A stretch of DNA of 64,000 bases from the IMG/VR virus record IMGVR_UViG_3300020191_000009, positions 1 to 64,000 of that record; one strand, 5' to 3'. Positions within the stretch are counted from its first letter, which is position 1. Each line of letters begins with the position of its first letter. The notes beneath the pieces are model-generated. The model was given only the letters and a program-made list of their open reading frames with translations. It made no database searches and was not told the DNA's origin. The DNA is from an uncultured virus (IMG/VR IMGVR_UViG_3300020191_000009). Lineage: Duplodnaviria > Heunggongvirae > Uroviricota > Caudoviricetes. Positions 36,872 to 46,099 of this stretch are shown in pieces. The translations under genes and the position numbers were made by a program.

Positions 36872-36900
36872 AGTATAAAGTATGGCAACATAAAAGTCAA
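36872..36900 (-). promoter_or_regulatory. Sigma70-type promoter for the chaperone/TMP/tip genes
   Basis: TTGACT, 17-nt spacer, TATACT, with AAAAATTTTT upstream. Confidence 0.78.
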
Positions 36901-36925
36901 GAAAAATTTTTGGGGTGGGGATAAA

Positions 36926-36950
36926 TAAAAGGGGCTGAGCGCCCCTTTTA
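36926..36950 (-). terminator. Intrinsic terminator after the tail tube gene
   Basis: TAAAAGGGGC / GCCCCTTTTA hairpin with T-rich flanks. Confidence 0.85.
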
Positions 36951-36975
36951 TTATTTAAAAATACCTATTTAAATT

Positions 36976-38136
36976 TTATGCAGTACCTAAATATGTAACC
37001 GTTGCTTCATCCGCTCCGTCTAAGCTGCTAGGCAAAGCGTGGAAGGACGTCTCTACTGAAATAACATCTTCAATACTATGACTAGGCACTTCTAAGTGAC
37101 AGCGAGGCATAGTAACAGAACATGCAGGAGCACTAGCTCCTCCTATTCCAAATGTAAGAGCCATTTCATTGGTAACAATAGTGTTGGCAGATAGTACATC
37201 TTGGAAAAGTTGAGCACTTGAGTCACCTTCAGCGTCAAGGTAACAAGTGAAACTTCCACTAACAGATCTGGAACCTGTAATATGACCTAAAGGTTGGTTA
37301 ACACTACAAAGAGTTTCTGGAGTTAAGAAGGTTAGGTTATTCTCGATCGATAAACTTCCTCCAGTCAGTACCACGGAATATGTAGTACTACCACCACCTA
37401 AATCTCCCACAACAGAAAGACTAGTCAGTCTGTTTCTAATAAAGTTAGCAGTGCTGTCAATACCTGTAGTTACAAGATTATTTGAACCGCCTCCAGTAAC
37501 ATCAGGCCAGCCTCCTGATCCTTCTGCAACATCTGTAAGATCCTCTACCAAAGAGCCGAACCCAGACCAAGTAATTTGAGCGATCCCATCGATATCAAAA
37601 TCAATAGCAGCAGAGTTAATAACACTATTGCTAATTTTATATACTGTCTGACCTTGGGCTTCACTAAAGCTAGCAGCCGTAGGATCTGTACCACATGCTC
37701 CAAGAACCATCCACAGTGTAAAAGTATTAAGTGTTGTTTTGTTAGAATTAGTAAAGTCAAAAACAGTAGTGTTTGCAGTACTCTTATCAACACCTAAAGT
37801 AAAGAGGCCCGTGGTATCATCGTAGGCTTGGCCTGTAGCAATCATGTTCGCCCACAGAGCTTCTTCAATGCAACCAAGACCGGCTGCGCCATCAGCTCCT
37901 CCGTTAGGACGAATATAAGTAGTAAAACTCCACTCAGCAGGAGCGTAAGAGTCGGTAAACATTTGTCTAGCTCGTCTTGATACTCCTGCACTGTTTGCAG
38001 CTTCGTTAAGAGTAATTTCTGATGCATTTGTTGCCTGTGAAAATGAGAATCCGTCAAGAATTGGCAGCTCCCACACATCGGCGCCCATTTGCAGATAGGC
38101 TTTAGTATTTCTACTAAATTGTAATATTGATGCCAT
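36976..38136 (-). CDS. Major tail tube protein (T5 pb6-like, apparently without the C-terminal Ig domain)
   Basis: LDGFSFSQ, PAEWSFTTYIRP, FDIDGIAQITWSG, NNLTFLTPE, GSRSVSGSFTCYL; SD AGGAG; followed by a terminator. Confidence 0.88.
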   Translation of the reverse strand: MASILQFSRNTKAYLQMGADVWELPILDGFSFSQATNASEITLNEAANSAGVSRRARQMFTDSYAPAEWSFTTYIRPNGGADGAAGLGCIEEALWANMIATGQAYDDTTGLFTLGVDKSTANTTVFDFTNSNKTTLNTFTLWMVLGACGTDPTAASFSEAQGQTVYKISNSVINSAAIDFDIDGIAQITWSGFGSLVEDLTDVAEGSGGWPDVTGGGSNNLVTTGIDSTANFIRNRLTSLSVVGDLGGGSTTYSVVLTGGSLSIENNLTFLTPETLCSVNQPLGHITGSRSVSGSFTCYLDAEGDSSAQLFQDVLSANTIVTNEMALTFGIGGASAPACSVTMPRCHLEVPSHSIEDVISVETSFHALPSSLDGADEATVTYLGTA

Positions 38137-38200
38137 AGTTGTAATCTCCTATGAAACTTGAAAAGGCCTGAACGTGAATATTTATTCGTGTCAGCATTTT

Positions 38201-38656
38201 CTAATAACGAACCTCAACTAATATTTCTCCTACTCCGTAAGGTTCTAATACTCCTTCATCAGTATCTATACTAATGAGCGAGATTTGGTGCGTGTATTGT
38301 CTAGAGCCTAGTTTATCAAGATATTCTAATCTAGAGTTTAGTTCTAATACTGTTTCAGTGTCTTCTAAAAGTTTATCCAACGCTTCAATAGCGTCTTCTT
38401 CTTTTACATAACATCTAATAACAACCGATAAGAATCTATCTCTATATCCTCCTCCTTGATACTCTCTTCTCTCTGAACCCGCATTTAGATGTATCGCTGG
38501 AAAGTCATCAATCTCATCCCAGAATTTTAATCTCGGACTTACATTATTATACACATTTGTATAAAACTCTCCTGTACCGTCTATAGTCTTTAAGGCTTCT
38601 ACAAGTGCGTCTACAATAGACTGTCTTCTAGTAGCGTACTCTCTTGGATACGCCAT
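38201..38656 (-). CDS. Tail terminator protein
   Basis: Position directly upstream of the tail tube gene; SIDTDEGVL.PYG motif of T5-like terminators. Confidence 0.78.
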   Translation of the reverse strand: MAYPREYATRRQSIVDALVEALKTIDGTGEFYTNVYNNVSPRLKFWDEIDDFPAIHLNAGSERREYQGGGYRDRFLSVVIRCYVKEEDAIEALDKLLEDTETVLELNSRLEYLDKLGSRQYTHQISLISIDTDEGVLEPYGVGEILVEVRY

Positions 38657-39912
38657 TATACTCTCCTAGTATAGAATCTGCCTATAGCGAATTGTGCAGC
38701 AATTTCGCGTATAGATAAATCAATAAGTTTTCTAGGATCTCTATCAGGATCTCTTTCGAATACCTCATAAGGATTCCTTCTATATGTATATCCTATACTT
38801 GGAAAACCTCGAGCTGTTTGAGTAACATCAGTAACATTGACACTACTTGCGAATCTGCCTGTAACATAATTCAATCTAGGGTCTCCCATATTGTTCGCAA
38901 CTACTCTAGGTAGTTGTTGATTCAATATACCTAATAACTCTAAAGGAGCACTAGATGCTCCTTTGCCTCGACCTGGACCAGAGGGGCTACGGGCTTTAAC
39001 TTTTTTATTCCTCTTCATTTTAGTTTTTGGTCCTCGCATATTTTGTGTTTTGGACTTTGCTTTTGTTTTTCTCCCAGGAGCATATTTTTTAGTAGGGTCT
39101 ATTAGCTGAAGACTCTGAGCTGTTATATCCTCTATCATAGAAGGAGACCCTTTAATGTTAGCTATATTACTACTAAATCCTTCATGTGAAGCTAAATCAA
39201 AAGATGCGTCAGTAATTACTTTCCTAAATAACTCTCCTACTTTACCTGATAAGCGTCCTTTATATTGATTAAGGTCTTTGGGTTCAAACTCTAGCTCTAA
39301 ACTACCTGAGATGCCTGAGAGTAATTTTACATCTTTTGTATACTCAGCTTTAACCTCATAACCCTTGGACACGCTCATTTCTAGCTGATCCAATAAGTCG
39401 TCAAAACTCATTTCACCTACTTCTGTAATGCGATCTATATTTTGTGCAAGAATAAATAAAGCTTTGATAGATTGTCTTCTAGGATCTTTAGTATCCATTG
39501 ATGCAAGTACGGAAGAAAGAGACGCTCTAAGTACGCTGATATTCTTATGTCCCAACTCTTGACCTTCTGCAAGCTCGGGAAAAAGCTTTTTTAAGGTGTA
39601 AGCTTGTTGTTTAAAATTAGCTCGTCCAAAGTCTTTATGAGACCTATTATTTACTGCAGCTGCCGTCCTTAGAGCACTTCTAGCTTGATACGTTTGACCT
39701 TCAAAATTAAAAGTAGAATTTTCGTTAGAGTGTGCCTTTCGAGCCGCTCTAGTAAACTCCTCAAATCTTTTTATGTACTCTCCCTGCATTTGAAATTTTT
39801 GTCTAATATCTATATTTTTGTCTATAGCTCGCCGCCACAACTTTGCTTTAACATACTGCCCTTGGATCATATCTTGTATTAGCTGATCTATATTTTTTAC
39901 AGGTCTAGCCAT
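38656..39912 (-). CDS. Tail completion / neck protein (T5-like, enlarged)
   Basis: C-terminal L..TGRFASSV...YTY...PYEVFE...RDPRKLI..SIR motif; synteny. Confidence 0.7.
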   Translation of the reverse strand: MARPVKNIDQLIQDMIQGQYVKAKLWRRAIDKNIDIRQKFQMQGEYIKRFEEFTRAARKAHSNENSTFNFEGQTYQARSALRTAAAVNNRSHKDFGRANFKQQAYTLKKLFPELAEGQELGHKNISVLRASLSSVLASMDTKDPRRQSIKALFILAQNIDRITEVGEMSFDDLLDQLEMSVSKGYEVKAEYTKDVKLLSGISGSLELEFEPKDLNQYKGRLSGKVGELFRKVITDASFDLASHEGFSSNIANIKGSPSMIEDITAQSLQLIDPTKKYAPGRKTKAKSKTQNMRGPKTKMKRNKKVKARSPSGPGRGKGASSAPLELLGILNQQLPRVVANNMGDPRLNYVTGRFASSVNVTDVTQTARGFPSIGYTYRRNPYEVFERDPDRDPRKLIDLSIREIAAQFAIGRFYTRRV

Positions 39913-39914
39913 GG

Positions 39915-40493
39915 TTAAAAATTCTTATATAAGTCTAGGACTCTTTTTATATGATCAGGAAAAGCAGGGCCTCCACTAGAGCCACTAGGCTTAGCATTTT
40001 CAATACTAGCCCCTTGTAAAGTCTGTCTTTGTTTATGCTCATCTTTCAAATAATAAGTAATCAAGTCTGCTACAGCTAATAAGAGATCTGCAGGTGTTGT
40101 TGCATATCCTGCAGTGTAAGTAACAGTAACAGCTCCTGGACCTGTCGGCCAGAACCTGTGTGTGCGTGCTATTCTTAAAACACTATCTGTTTTATTATCT
40201 AAATAATAGTCTTCTACAGGCACTGTTTTATATTCTTCTGTAGGCCTGCGTCTTTCCTGTATTTCAATTATTGTATTTACAGGGCTCTCTGTTAACTGAA
40301 GAATGTCAGACTCCCAACTTAAGGAAAAAGCTTCGACTTTATTAGTCGTGTAAAAATCAATAAGCGAATTTCCACAGTAAGTTTTTACTAATTGACTTAC
40401 AGAGGGAATAAAAACCTCAAGTTTTACATCTTCTTTAGTCGATGTAATTCCTTCAATTTCTTTATATTTATCTATAGTAATTAAATCAGTCAT
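39915..40493 (-). CDS. Head completion / head-tail connector protein
   Basis: VTYTAGY...PADL.LA and FPDHIKRVLDLY; follows the capsid gene. Confidence 0.85.
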   Translation of the reverse strand: MTDLITIDKYKEIEGITSTKEDVKLEVFIPSVSQLVKTYCGNSLIDFYTTNKVEAFSLSWESDILQLTESPVNTIIEIQERRRPTEEYKTVPVEDYYLDNKTDSVLRIARTHRFWPTGPGAVTVTYTAGYATTPADLLLAVADLITYYLKDEHKQRQTLQGASIENAKPSGSSGGPAFPDHIKRVLDLYKNF

Positions 40494-40508
40494 ATTAAGT
40501 CAATTAGT

Positions 40509-40542
40509 AAAAACTTGGGGGGACATTGCTGTCCCCCGAAGT
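40509..40542 (-). terminator. Intrinsic terminator after the major capsid gene
   Basis: Minus strand ACTTCGGGGGACA-GCAA-TGTCCCCCCAAGT followed by TTTT. Confidence 0.85.
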
Positions 40543-40555
40543 AAAAAGTTAATTT

Positions 40556-41974
40556 TTATGCTAAGGCATTGTATACTGCGTGAGTAGCAGCAGACTTACC
40601 ACCAGCACCAGCAAAGAGCTCATCAAAGCCCATATGCTGAGTAGCAACTAATACGCGGCGTTGTGCAGCTACTTCGTAGTCCTGCTCAACAGTAATTCCA
40701 CGGAGACGAGGAATAATGAAGTTTGAAGTGTTAACACACAAAGCTCCACCAAATCCATCTTCAGCGTCAGCAGGCATATTGTCCGTAAGAACTACAGGAG
40801 AACCGTATACACGACCAACCTGACCAGTCAAACGTACTGCCATATCTGAACCAACTTCATCAACAGTCTGGAAGTCGGGATCTTCTAAAAGGTCATAGTA
40901 CTTATCTTGTGATACGATAAATACAACGTCCTGTGGGTTAAGGCCGTATACGCCCATATTACGACGACACTTAACAAGTACATCAGCACTAAACGTAAGG
41001 TTAGCAGCAACCTGAGCTCCCCATTCAGCACCAGCAGTTGCATGGCCAATCAAACCTGTAATATTTGCAGAGTTACCATTAATAATAGCAGCATCAACAG
41101 CTCGGGCATGTGAACGTGCAATACCAGCAGTCAGCATAGGCATGATATTAATCAAAACTTTCTCATCGATGTAGTTATCGAGGAAAGAAGTTGAAATAAG
41201 ACGATCAACCTGTACAACCTTCTGGCCAACATCATAAGTATTGTCAGAATTGCCACGGTTAGCAATATCACTACCAGTACCATCGTTAGCACTGTCGCGT
41301 GCATTTGCCCACTTAGCCAGATTGGTATCAGACTGCAGAGGCAATACAGTAGATTGACTCTCTACTGGCATTTCTTTAAATAAAGCTGCGGTGCGAAGCT
41401 CTAATTGAATTTCTTTCTCAATTTCGCGAGATACTACAACGTCGATACCGGGATCGTTTTGACCCCCTGTAGCCGTGTAAGTAACACCAGCTTTTTCGAA
41501 AACAGACTTAGCATAGTCAGTGTTCCAACCTTTACCAGTAATTACACCAGCAAGATGCGCGTGCATAAGTTCTTTAGCATGCTTTTCAAGTGACTGTTCA
41601 GAACCACGATCAGCGAAAAGCCCTTTAGACATGCGCATTTTAGTGATTTCTTCTTCTTTTTCGGTAAGTTCTTTTTGGAACTTAGCAATAACTTCAGCCT
41701 GGTCAGCATTAGATGCAGACATCTTCTCTTCGAAATCAGCCATCAACTTTTCAGTTCCTGATTGAACACCAGTAACAATAGCAGACTTGACTTCAGCTTC
41801 CTGAGCGGCTTTTTCTTCAGCTTCCTGAGAGGCTTTTTCTTGTTGTTCGAGTGCTGCTTTTTCATCTGCAGCTTTGACTTCGGCTTGCTTCATTGCGATT
41901 TTGGCAGCGGTTTCTTCCGCTACCTTTTTAGCAAAAGCTTCTAAGTCAATTTCTGAATTTTTAACATCAGACAT
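40556..41974 (-). CDS. Major capsid protein precursor (472 aa) from an internal start
   Basis: In-frame ATG at 41974 preceded by AAAAGGAG-atagaa; size is comparable to a T5-type capsid precursor. Confidence 0.75.
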   Translation of the reverse strand: MSDVKNSEIDLEAFAKKVAEETAAKIAMKQAEVKAADEKAALEQQEKASQEAEEKAAQEAEVKSAIVTGVQSGTEKLMADFEEKMSASNADQAEVIAKFQKELTEKEEEITKMRMSKGLFADRGSEQSLEKHAKELMHAHLAGVITGKGWNTDYAKSVFEKAGVTYTATGGQNDPGIDVVVSREIEKEIQLELRTAALFKEMPVESQSTVLPLQSDTNLAKWANARDSANDGTGSDIANRGNSDNTYDVGQKVVQVDRLISTSFLDNYIDEKVLINIMPMLTAGIARSHARAVDAAIINGNSANITGLIGHATAGAEWGAQVAANLTFSADVLVKCRRNMGVYGLNPQDVVFIVSQDKYYDLLEDPDFQTVDEVGSDMAVRLTGQVGRVYGSPVVLTDNMPADAEDGFGGALCVNTSNFIIPRLRGITVEQDYEVAAQRRVLVATQHMGFDELFAGAGGKSAATHAVYNALA

Positions 41975-42589
41975 TTCTATCTCCTTTTGTGCGCTTTGCG
42001 CGGTTTCCGGTGTGTCACTAGCTACGCTAGAAGTATTGACTTCGTCTTTAGCCAGAGACTGACCGGCTAGATCCACACTATTTTTTAAAAAAGTTTTTTT
42101 AAAATCTTCGTACTCAGCTTCTGAGTCGAAAGATTTAGCTAGCGAAAAAGTAGCTGCCTGATTGCAAGGTACAGATACAACTGATACCTCGAACAACTCA
42201 GCGTCCTTAATCTTTAATCCATCAGTTTCCTCTAAGTAATCCGCATCCTTGACCCGGAAACCAACAGAAAAAGCTCCAAGAATGCCTTCTTTAATCAACG
42301 TACCTACACTATCAGGAGCAGACTTACTTATCTTCGCTTTAAGTTCCAAACCATTGTCTGTAACTTTAAGCCCAGTAGCTCGTCCGATCGGTTTATTGTA
42401 GTCGTGATTAAATAAAATTATAGGGTTCTTTTCAAAATTAGCAAGGCCTCCCTTTGTCCAGGCCTCCACGTCAATTATGTCATTTGCACGATCAGCATCA
42501 TTAGTGCTTGCCATTCCGCAAATGTGAATCCCATCATCATCTTCATTTAACGCTTTAAATGTAGATGTAAAACTAAAAATTTTATTCAT
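40556..42589 (-). CDS. Prohead protease (HK97 type) in frame with the scaffold domain and major capsid protein
   Basis: Protease motifs ILFNHD, FSVGF, ELFEVSVVSVPCN; A/E/K/Q coiled-coil scaffold; HK97-fold motifs (ARAVDAAIING, GRVYGSPVV). ATG 42589 is preferred over 42601. Confidence 0.92.
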   Translation of the reverse strand: MNKIFSFTSTFKALNEDDDGIHICGMASTNDADRANDIIDVEAWTKGGLANFEKNPIILFNHDYNKPIGRATGLKVTDNGLELKAKISKSAPDSVGTLIKEGILGAFSVGFRVKDADYLEETDGLKIKDAELFEVSVVSVPCNQAATFSLAKSFDSEAEYEDFKKTFLKNSVDLAGQSLAKDEVNTSSVASDTPETAQSAQKEIEMSDVKNSEIDLEAFAKKVAEETAAKIAMKQAEVKAADEKAALEQQEKASQEAEEKAAQEAEVKSAIVTGVQSGTEKLMADFEEKMSASNADQAEVIAKFQKELTEKEEEITKMRMSKGLFADRGSEQSLEKHAKELMHAHLAGVITGKGWNTDYAKSVFEKAGVTYTATGGQNDPGIDVVVSREIEKEIQLELRTAALFKEMPVESQSTVLPLQSDTNLAKWANARDSANDGTGSDIANRGNSDNTYDVGQKVVQVDRLISTSFLDNYIDEKVLINIMPMLTAGIARSHARAVDAAIINGNSANITGLIGHATAGAEWGAQVAANLTFSADVLVKCRRNMGVYGLNPQDVVFIVSQDKYYDLLEDPDFQTVDEVGSDMAVRLTGQVGRVYGSPVVLTDNMPADAEDGFGGALCVNTSNFIIPRLRGITVEQDYEVAAQRRVLVATQHMGFDELFAGAGGKSAATHAVYNALA

Positions 42590-42950
42590 CGTTTTTAACA
42601 TCCTCCTTCTTAGCAGCGAACCGCTTAGGAGCAGGTTTTGTTACCGGCTTCCTTGGTGCTGATTTAGGCGCTGCTTCAGGCTCTACCTTAGGTTCTGCCT
42701 TAGGCTGAATTACAGGCTTTGCATGAGCTTTTGCAGCGTCATCATATACTGTAGGGAACTTCCTGATCAGGGCTGTTAATACCCTAGCCCATCTACCGTT
42801 AAATACACGGCCAAGCTCCCTTTTAGTAATAGGATTGGTAGGCTTTAACTTAATATACTCTTCATAAGATATCGGAGCTTTTACTCCGAATTGTACAATA
42901 TGATCTCGTAGCTTAGTTAAAGTTGCAACGGTCTGTCGTCTAGTTGCCAT
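42582..42950 (-). CDS. Putative capsid decoration protein (T5 pb10 position) with a Pro/Ala/Lys-rich tail
   Basis: Lies between portal and protease; helical N-terminal ~75 aa followed by low-complexity PKAEPK-type sequence. Confidence 0.5.
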   Translation of the reverse strand: MATRRQTVATLTKLRDHIVQFGVKAPISYEEYIKLKPTNPITKRELGRVFNGRWARVLTALIRKFPTVYDDAAKAHAKPVIQPKAEPKVEPEAAPKSAPRKPVTKPAPKRFAAKKEDVKNDE

Positions 42951-42953
42951 ATC

Positions 42954-44150
42954 TTAATCTTCCTCTTGTTCTACAGGTCTTCCGCCTTCTGACGGATCTA
43001 CTGCGCTTCCAGCAATATTTGCGGGTACTCTTAGTTCATCATACCCTTCAACTGGATCAAACCCTAAATGATTTCGTGCTTCGTTAGGAGAAATAACCCC
43101 AGCATTTACTAGGGAAGTATAATACTGAGATTGGTCTCTAAGCTCCGGTTGTAGTGCAGGTATATTAGTAGCATCTTCTACTATCTCAAACCCAAAAAAC
43201 CTTTCTAGTGCAAAATTGATTTTTCTTACTACGGGTAGTACGGTTTCTAAATAGTATAACCGCATGTTTGGTCGCAAGTTAGCGTTATTTCCTGAATCCA
43301 GCAAAATAGGGGGAACCCCCAATGCTTTAAGAATTATTTTTTCGTTTTCTGCAATAGCTGCTTGAAAATCCAATTCCTTAAAATTAACATTAGACACTGC
43401 ATCAATCTCTAAACCTCCGTCTAGTATTAAGGGTCTTCTGCCTCCTGCGTCTGGTCTATAGCGCTGCTGCCAAGAAGCTAACATTCTTTCTTTAATTTTC
43501 TCTGAAAGAGTGTTGGGGCTTTTTAACACTAAACCTGGTACAGCACCATTTTTAAAAAAGTTATCTTGAAAATCTCTCATAGACTTGGTTAAAACCATAG
43601 TCCTGAGCGCGGGCTTAAGTCTAGAGATCCCGCGATATATAGAATAAAAAGAATTATCTTTTATATGTATAATTTCATTTGGCGAGTATCGTACAGTCTC
43701 ATTAAAAGTATAATGATCTATATAGGTAGTTTCGCTCGCATGTATTATCATCTTGCTTGCTGGGAGATGATAAAGGTGTACGCCATCAAAGTAAATAAAA
43801 ATATTACCATCTAACAGAAAGTCTGTTACTAAATTTCGTTTGAACGTGCTAATATCCTGATAAAGGTTTGGCTCTTTGTTAAGTAATATATTTAACTTGG
43901 CTCTTTTGACGCCTTTATAAGGATTATTGATAGGGAGGGACGGGCCAATCTTGGTCGTAATTTCAGAAACATCATCTACAATCATATTGACGCCCCTATT
44001 AACAATTTCTAGTTGCTCATACGCAAGCTCATAAGAATATGTTAATTCACGAGACGATTCTACTTTATGATCATACCATGGCTGGGCAGGATTAAGTTTT
44101 TCTTCTGTTTCTACTGTTTCCCGACCAAGAATTTTATTATACCAAGCCAT
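42954..44150 (-). CDS. Portal protein (HK97 family)
   Basis: EPN, LLDGN, EIIHIK, FFKNGAVPG, LGVPPILL, ISPNEAR. Confidence 0.96.
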   Translation of the reverse strand: MAWYNKILGRETVETEEKLNPAQPWYDHKVESSRELTYSYELAYEQLEIVNRGVNMIVDDVSEITTKIGPSLPINNPYKGVKRAKLNILLNKEPNLYQDISTFKRNLVTDFLLDGNIFIYFDGVHLYHLPASKMIIHASETTYIDHYTFNETVRYSPNEIIHIKDNSFYSIYRGISRLKPALRTMVLTKSMRDFQDNFFKNGAVPGLVLKSPNTLSEKIKERMLASWQQRYRPDAGGRRPLILDGGLEIDAVSNVNFKELDFQAAIAENEKIILKALGVPPILLDSGNNANLRPNMRLYYLETVLPVVRKINFALERFFGFEIVEDATNIPALQPELRDQSQYYTSLVNAGVISPNEARNHLGFDPVEGYDELRVPANIAGSAVDPSEGGRPVEQEED

Positions 44151-44502
44151 TTTTCTCTCTTTGAATCTCTACCCATCTTTGCTGTTTTTTTGCTGTGTGC
44201 AAGGGGGGATTTCTGCCATATATACTATGTAACTTTAAATGATGCTCATGGCAAAGAGTTACAGTATAATCGTATAATTCTTCAATGTGTTCATTAATGA
44301 ACTCATCTCTAAATTCTCTAATATCTTCTTCAAAATAGCCCATTTCTTTTATCCACTTATGGAACAAAGGGCTTAGACTAAAAAAGTGGTGAAAATCTAA
44401 CTTAGTGGTAGCATTGCAGATATAGCATTTATTGTCTTTTTCATATCTTGCTTTTGCTTTATCCCGTATATATTTTATCGGGTCTCTTTTTAGCTTCTCC
44501 AT
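44137..44502 (-). CDS. HNH endonuclease (T5-type, terminase/portal associated)
   Basis: CYIC...DFHH...TLCHEHH..LH; T5 position upstream of portal. Confidence 0.85.
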   Translation of the reverse strand: MEKLKRDPIKYIRDKAKARYEKDNKCYICNATTKLDFHHFFSLSPLFHKWIKEMGYFEEDIREFRDEFINEHIEELYDYTVTLCHEHHLKLHSIYGRNPPLHTAKKQQRWVEIQREKNGLV

Positions 44503-44531
44503 TTTTTAGAATACCATTTTTTACTTACGAA

Positions 44532-44560
44532 ATTATATCGTGTACCAGATACATTGTCAA
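44532..44560 (-). promoter_or_regulatory. Sigma70-type promoter for the head genes
   Basis: Perfect TTGACA, 17-nt spacer, TATAAT, with an upstream A-tract. Confidence 0.85.
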
Positions 44561-44600
44561 CTACTATTTTTAAGCAGGTGGTAATTATAATCTTATATTG

Positions 44601-44789
44601 TTAGTTTTTTATTCTTGACCGCTTTCTTTTATCTAAATTACAGTTTTGTAATTCTTTTTTATTAGTAGTCATTTGATTTGCCCAGTGAAGCTCATTAATA
44701 AGACGGTTATACCACTGTATTTCCATGGTACCTTGATTCTTATCCCGCTCTTCTATAAGTTGCTGCACTCTAATTTCTATATAATTCAT
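44601..44789 (-). CDS. Hypothetical protein
   Basis: ATG directly follows the terminase stop; WYNRLINEL.W motif. Confidence 0.65.
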   Translation of the reverse strand: MNYIEIRVQQLIEERDKNQGTMEIQWYNRLINELHWANQMTTNKKELQNCNLDKRKRSRIKN

Positions 44790-46094
44790 TTAGAATCCCG
44801 TATTGCTAGTCTCAAAAGAGTAAATAGCATACCTTATGGCGTCTGCCATATGAGAAGCTCTATTATGTTTTGGCTTCTCTTTTAATAGATTAGGATTAGG
44901 ATCCCATTGATATTGGTCCAAAGCAGCTAAAGATTCTTTACATTTTTGAGACACTAATAAGTTATTGTTGTCGACTATACCTGCGACATGAGATATACCA
45001 TCCAGTATAGATTTTTTTGCATTGATAGTACTAATATCGTAGTTTTGTGCAAAATCAAATCTTGTTTGTTGTGCTGCTGAGTCAATATAAATGTAATCTA
45101 TATCCCATTTTTGAATTAAAGCTTGAATTTCTATTGCGTGCTGCTCAGTTGTTCTCTCTGCGTCTAAATATTCGTCTACTAAAAAGTACTTTTCTTCATC
45201 CCAATCGTATGCAACAACACAGAAAGCAGTAGGGTCTCTATAGCCTACATCAAGTCCTGCAAAAACATCCATTTCTTTTGTCTGAATATCCTCGAGATTA
45301 ACTGTACAGTTTTCATAATCAAATTTCCATACCTGCCCCTCATAAGTATTGAAGTCAGCTTCGTATTCCTGTTTGAACTCTGCTTCAGACATACTTTTAC
45401 GAGCTTCGTTAATGTCTGCTTCTGTCATTCTAGGATTATCTTTATAAGTTGCGCGAACAGATGCCCATTCAGAAAAAGCATCCTCATAACCTCTATTAAA
45501 AAATTCAGCAAACCAATTGTTTCTACCACGAGGTGTAGATATAAATAATGCCTTAGAGTTATCTTTATCAAGGGTGGGCCGAAGTGCGACATTAAAGGCA
45601 TCCTTGCCGTCTGCTAACGCTGCTTCGTCAAAAATTATAAGATCGTAACTTCGACCCACACATGAATCAACTTGGTTTACAGAACCCATTCTAATAGTAG
45701 AGCCATTAGAGAGCTCTATAACTTTATCTTTTGCATTATCTTTGGTTACTTCTAGGTCAAAGTGTTTAATTAAGTTTCTTTGTAAGTCAAACGATATTTG
45801 AGAAAGCGCATAATTTGGAGACATAATTAATATATTTGAATTTGGCACTAAAGATACTAATTGTCCAATAATATTCGCTATGTACGTCTTTCCTTGTCTT
45901 CTCGATACCGCTGCACAAACGAACCTATATTTAGGATTATTTATAGCATTAATAATTGCTTTTTGTGAAGGTAGTGCCTCGACTCCTAACATTTCTAGGT
46001 AAGGAGCCACAGGTAGCTTAAGAAACCTAGTAGTCTTATCTATATCTACTAAGTTTTCTGCTACTACGTCCTGCCTACTAACTTCTACTGCCAT
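44790..46094 (-). CDS. terL: Terminase large subunit
   Basis: SRRQGKT Walker A, LIIFDE Walker B, ISTPRG, GLDVG and HMADAIRY nuclease motifs. Confidence 0.96.
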   Translation of the reverse strand: MAVEVSRQDVVAENLVDIDKTTRFLKLPVAPYLEMLGVEALPSQKAIINAINNPKYRFVCAAVSRRQGKTYIANIIGQLVSLVPNSNILIMSPNYALSQISFDLQRNLIKHFDLEVTKDNAKDKVIELSNGSTIRMGSVNQVDSCVGRSYDLIIFDEAALADGKDAFNVALRPTLDKDNSKALFISTPRGRNNWFAEFFNRGYEDAFSEWASVRATYKDNPRMTEADINEARKSMSEAEFKQEYEADFNTYEGQVWKFDYENCTVNLEDIQTKEMDVFAGLDVGYRDPTAFCVVAYDWDEEKYFLVDEYLDAERTTEQHAIEIQALIQKWDIDYIYIDSAAQQTRFDFAQNYDISTINAKKSILDGISHVAGIVDNNNLLVSQKCKESLAALDQYQWDPNPNLLKEKPKHNRASHMADAIRYAIYSFETSNTGF

Positions 46095-46099
46095 TTTAT

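Noticed and set aside
38165..38195. Imperfect hairpin in the leader of the tail tube gene
   Set aside because: Pairing is weak and interrupted, with no T-tract or recognisable RNA family, so it cannot be supported without covariation data.
44137..44502. HNH gene as a mobile homing endonuclease
   Set aside because: It sits at the conserved T5 position next to portal and does not interrupt any gene or intron.
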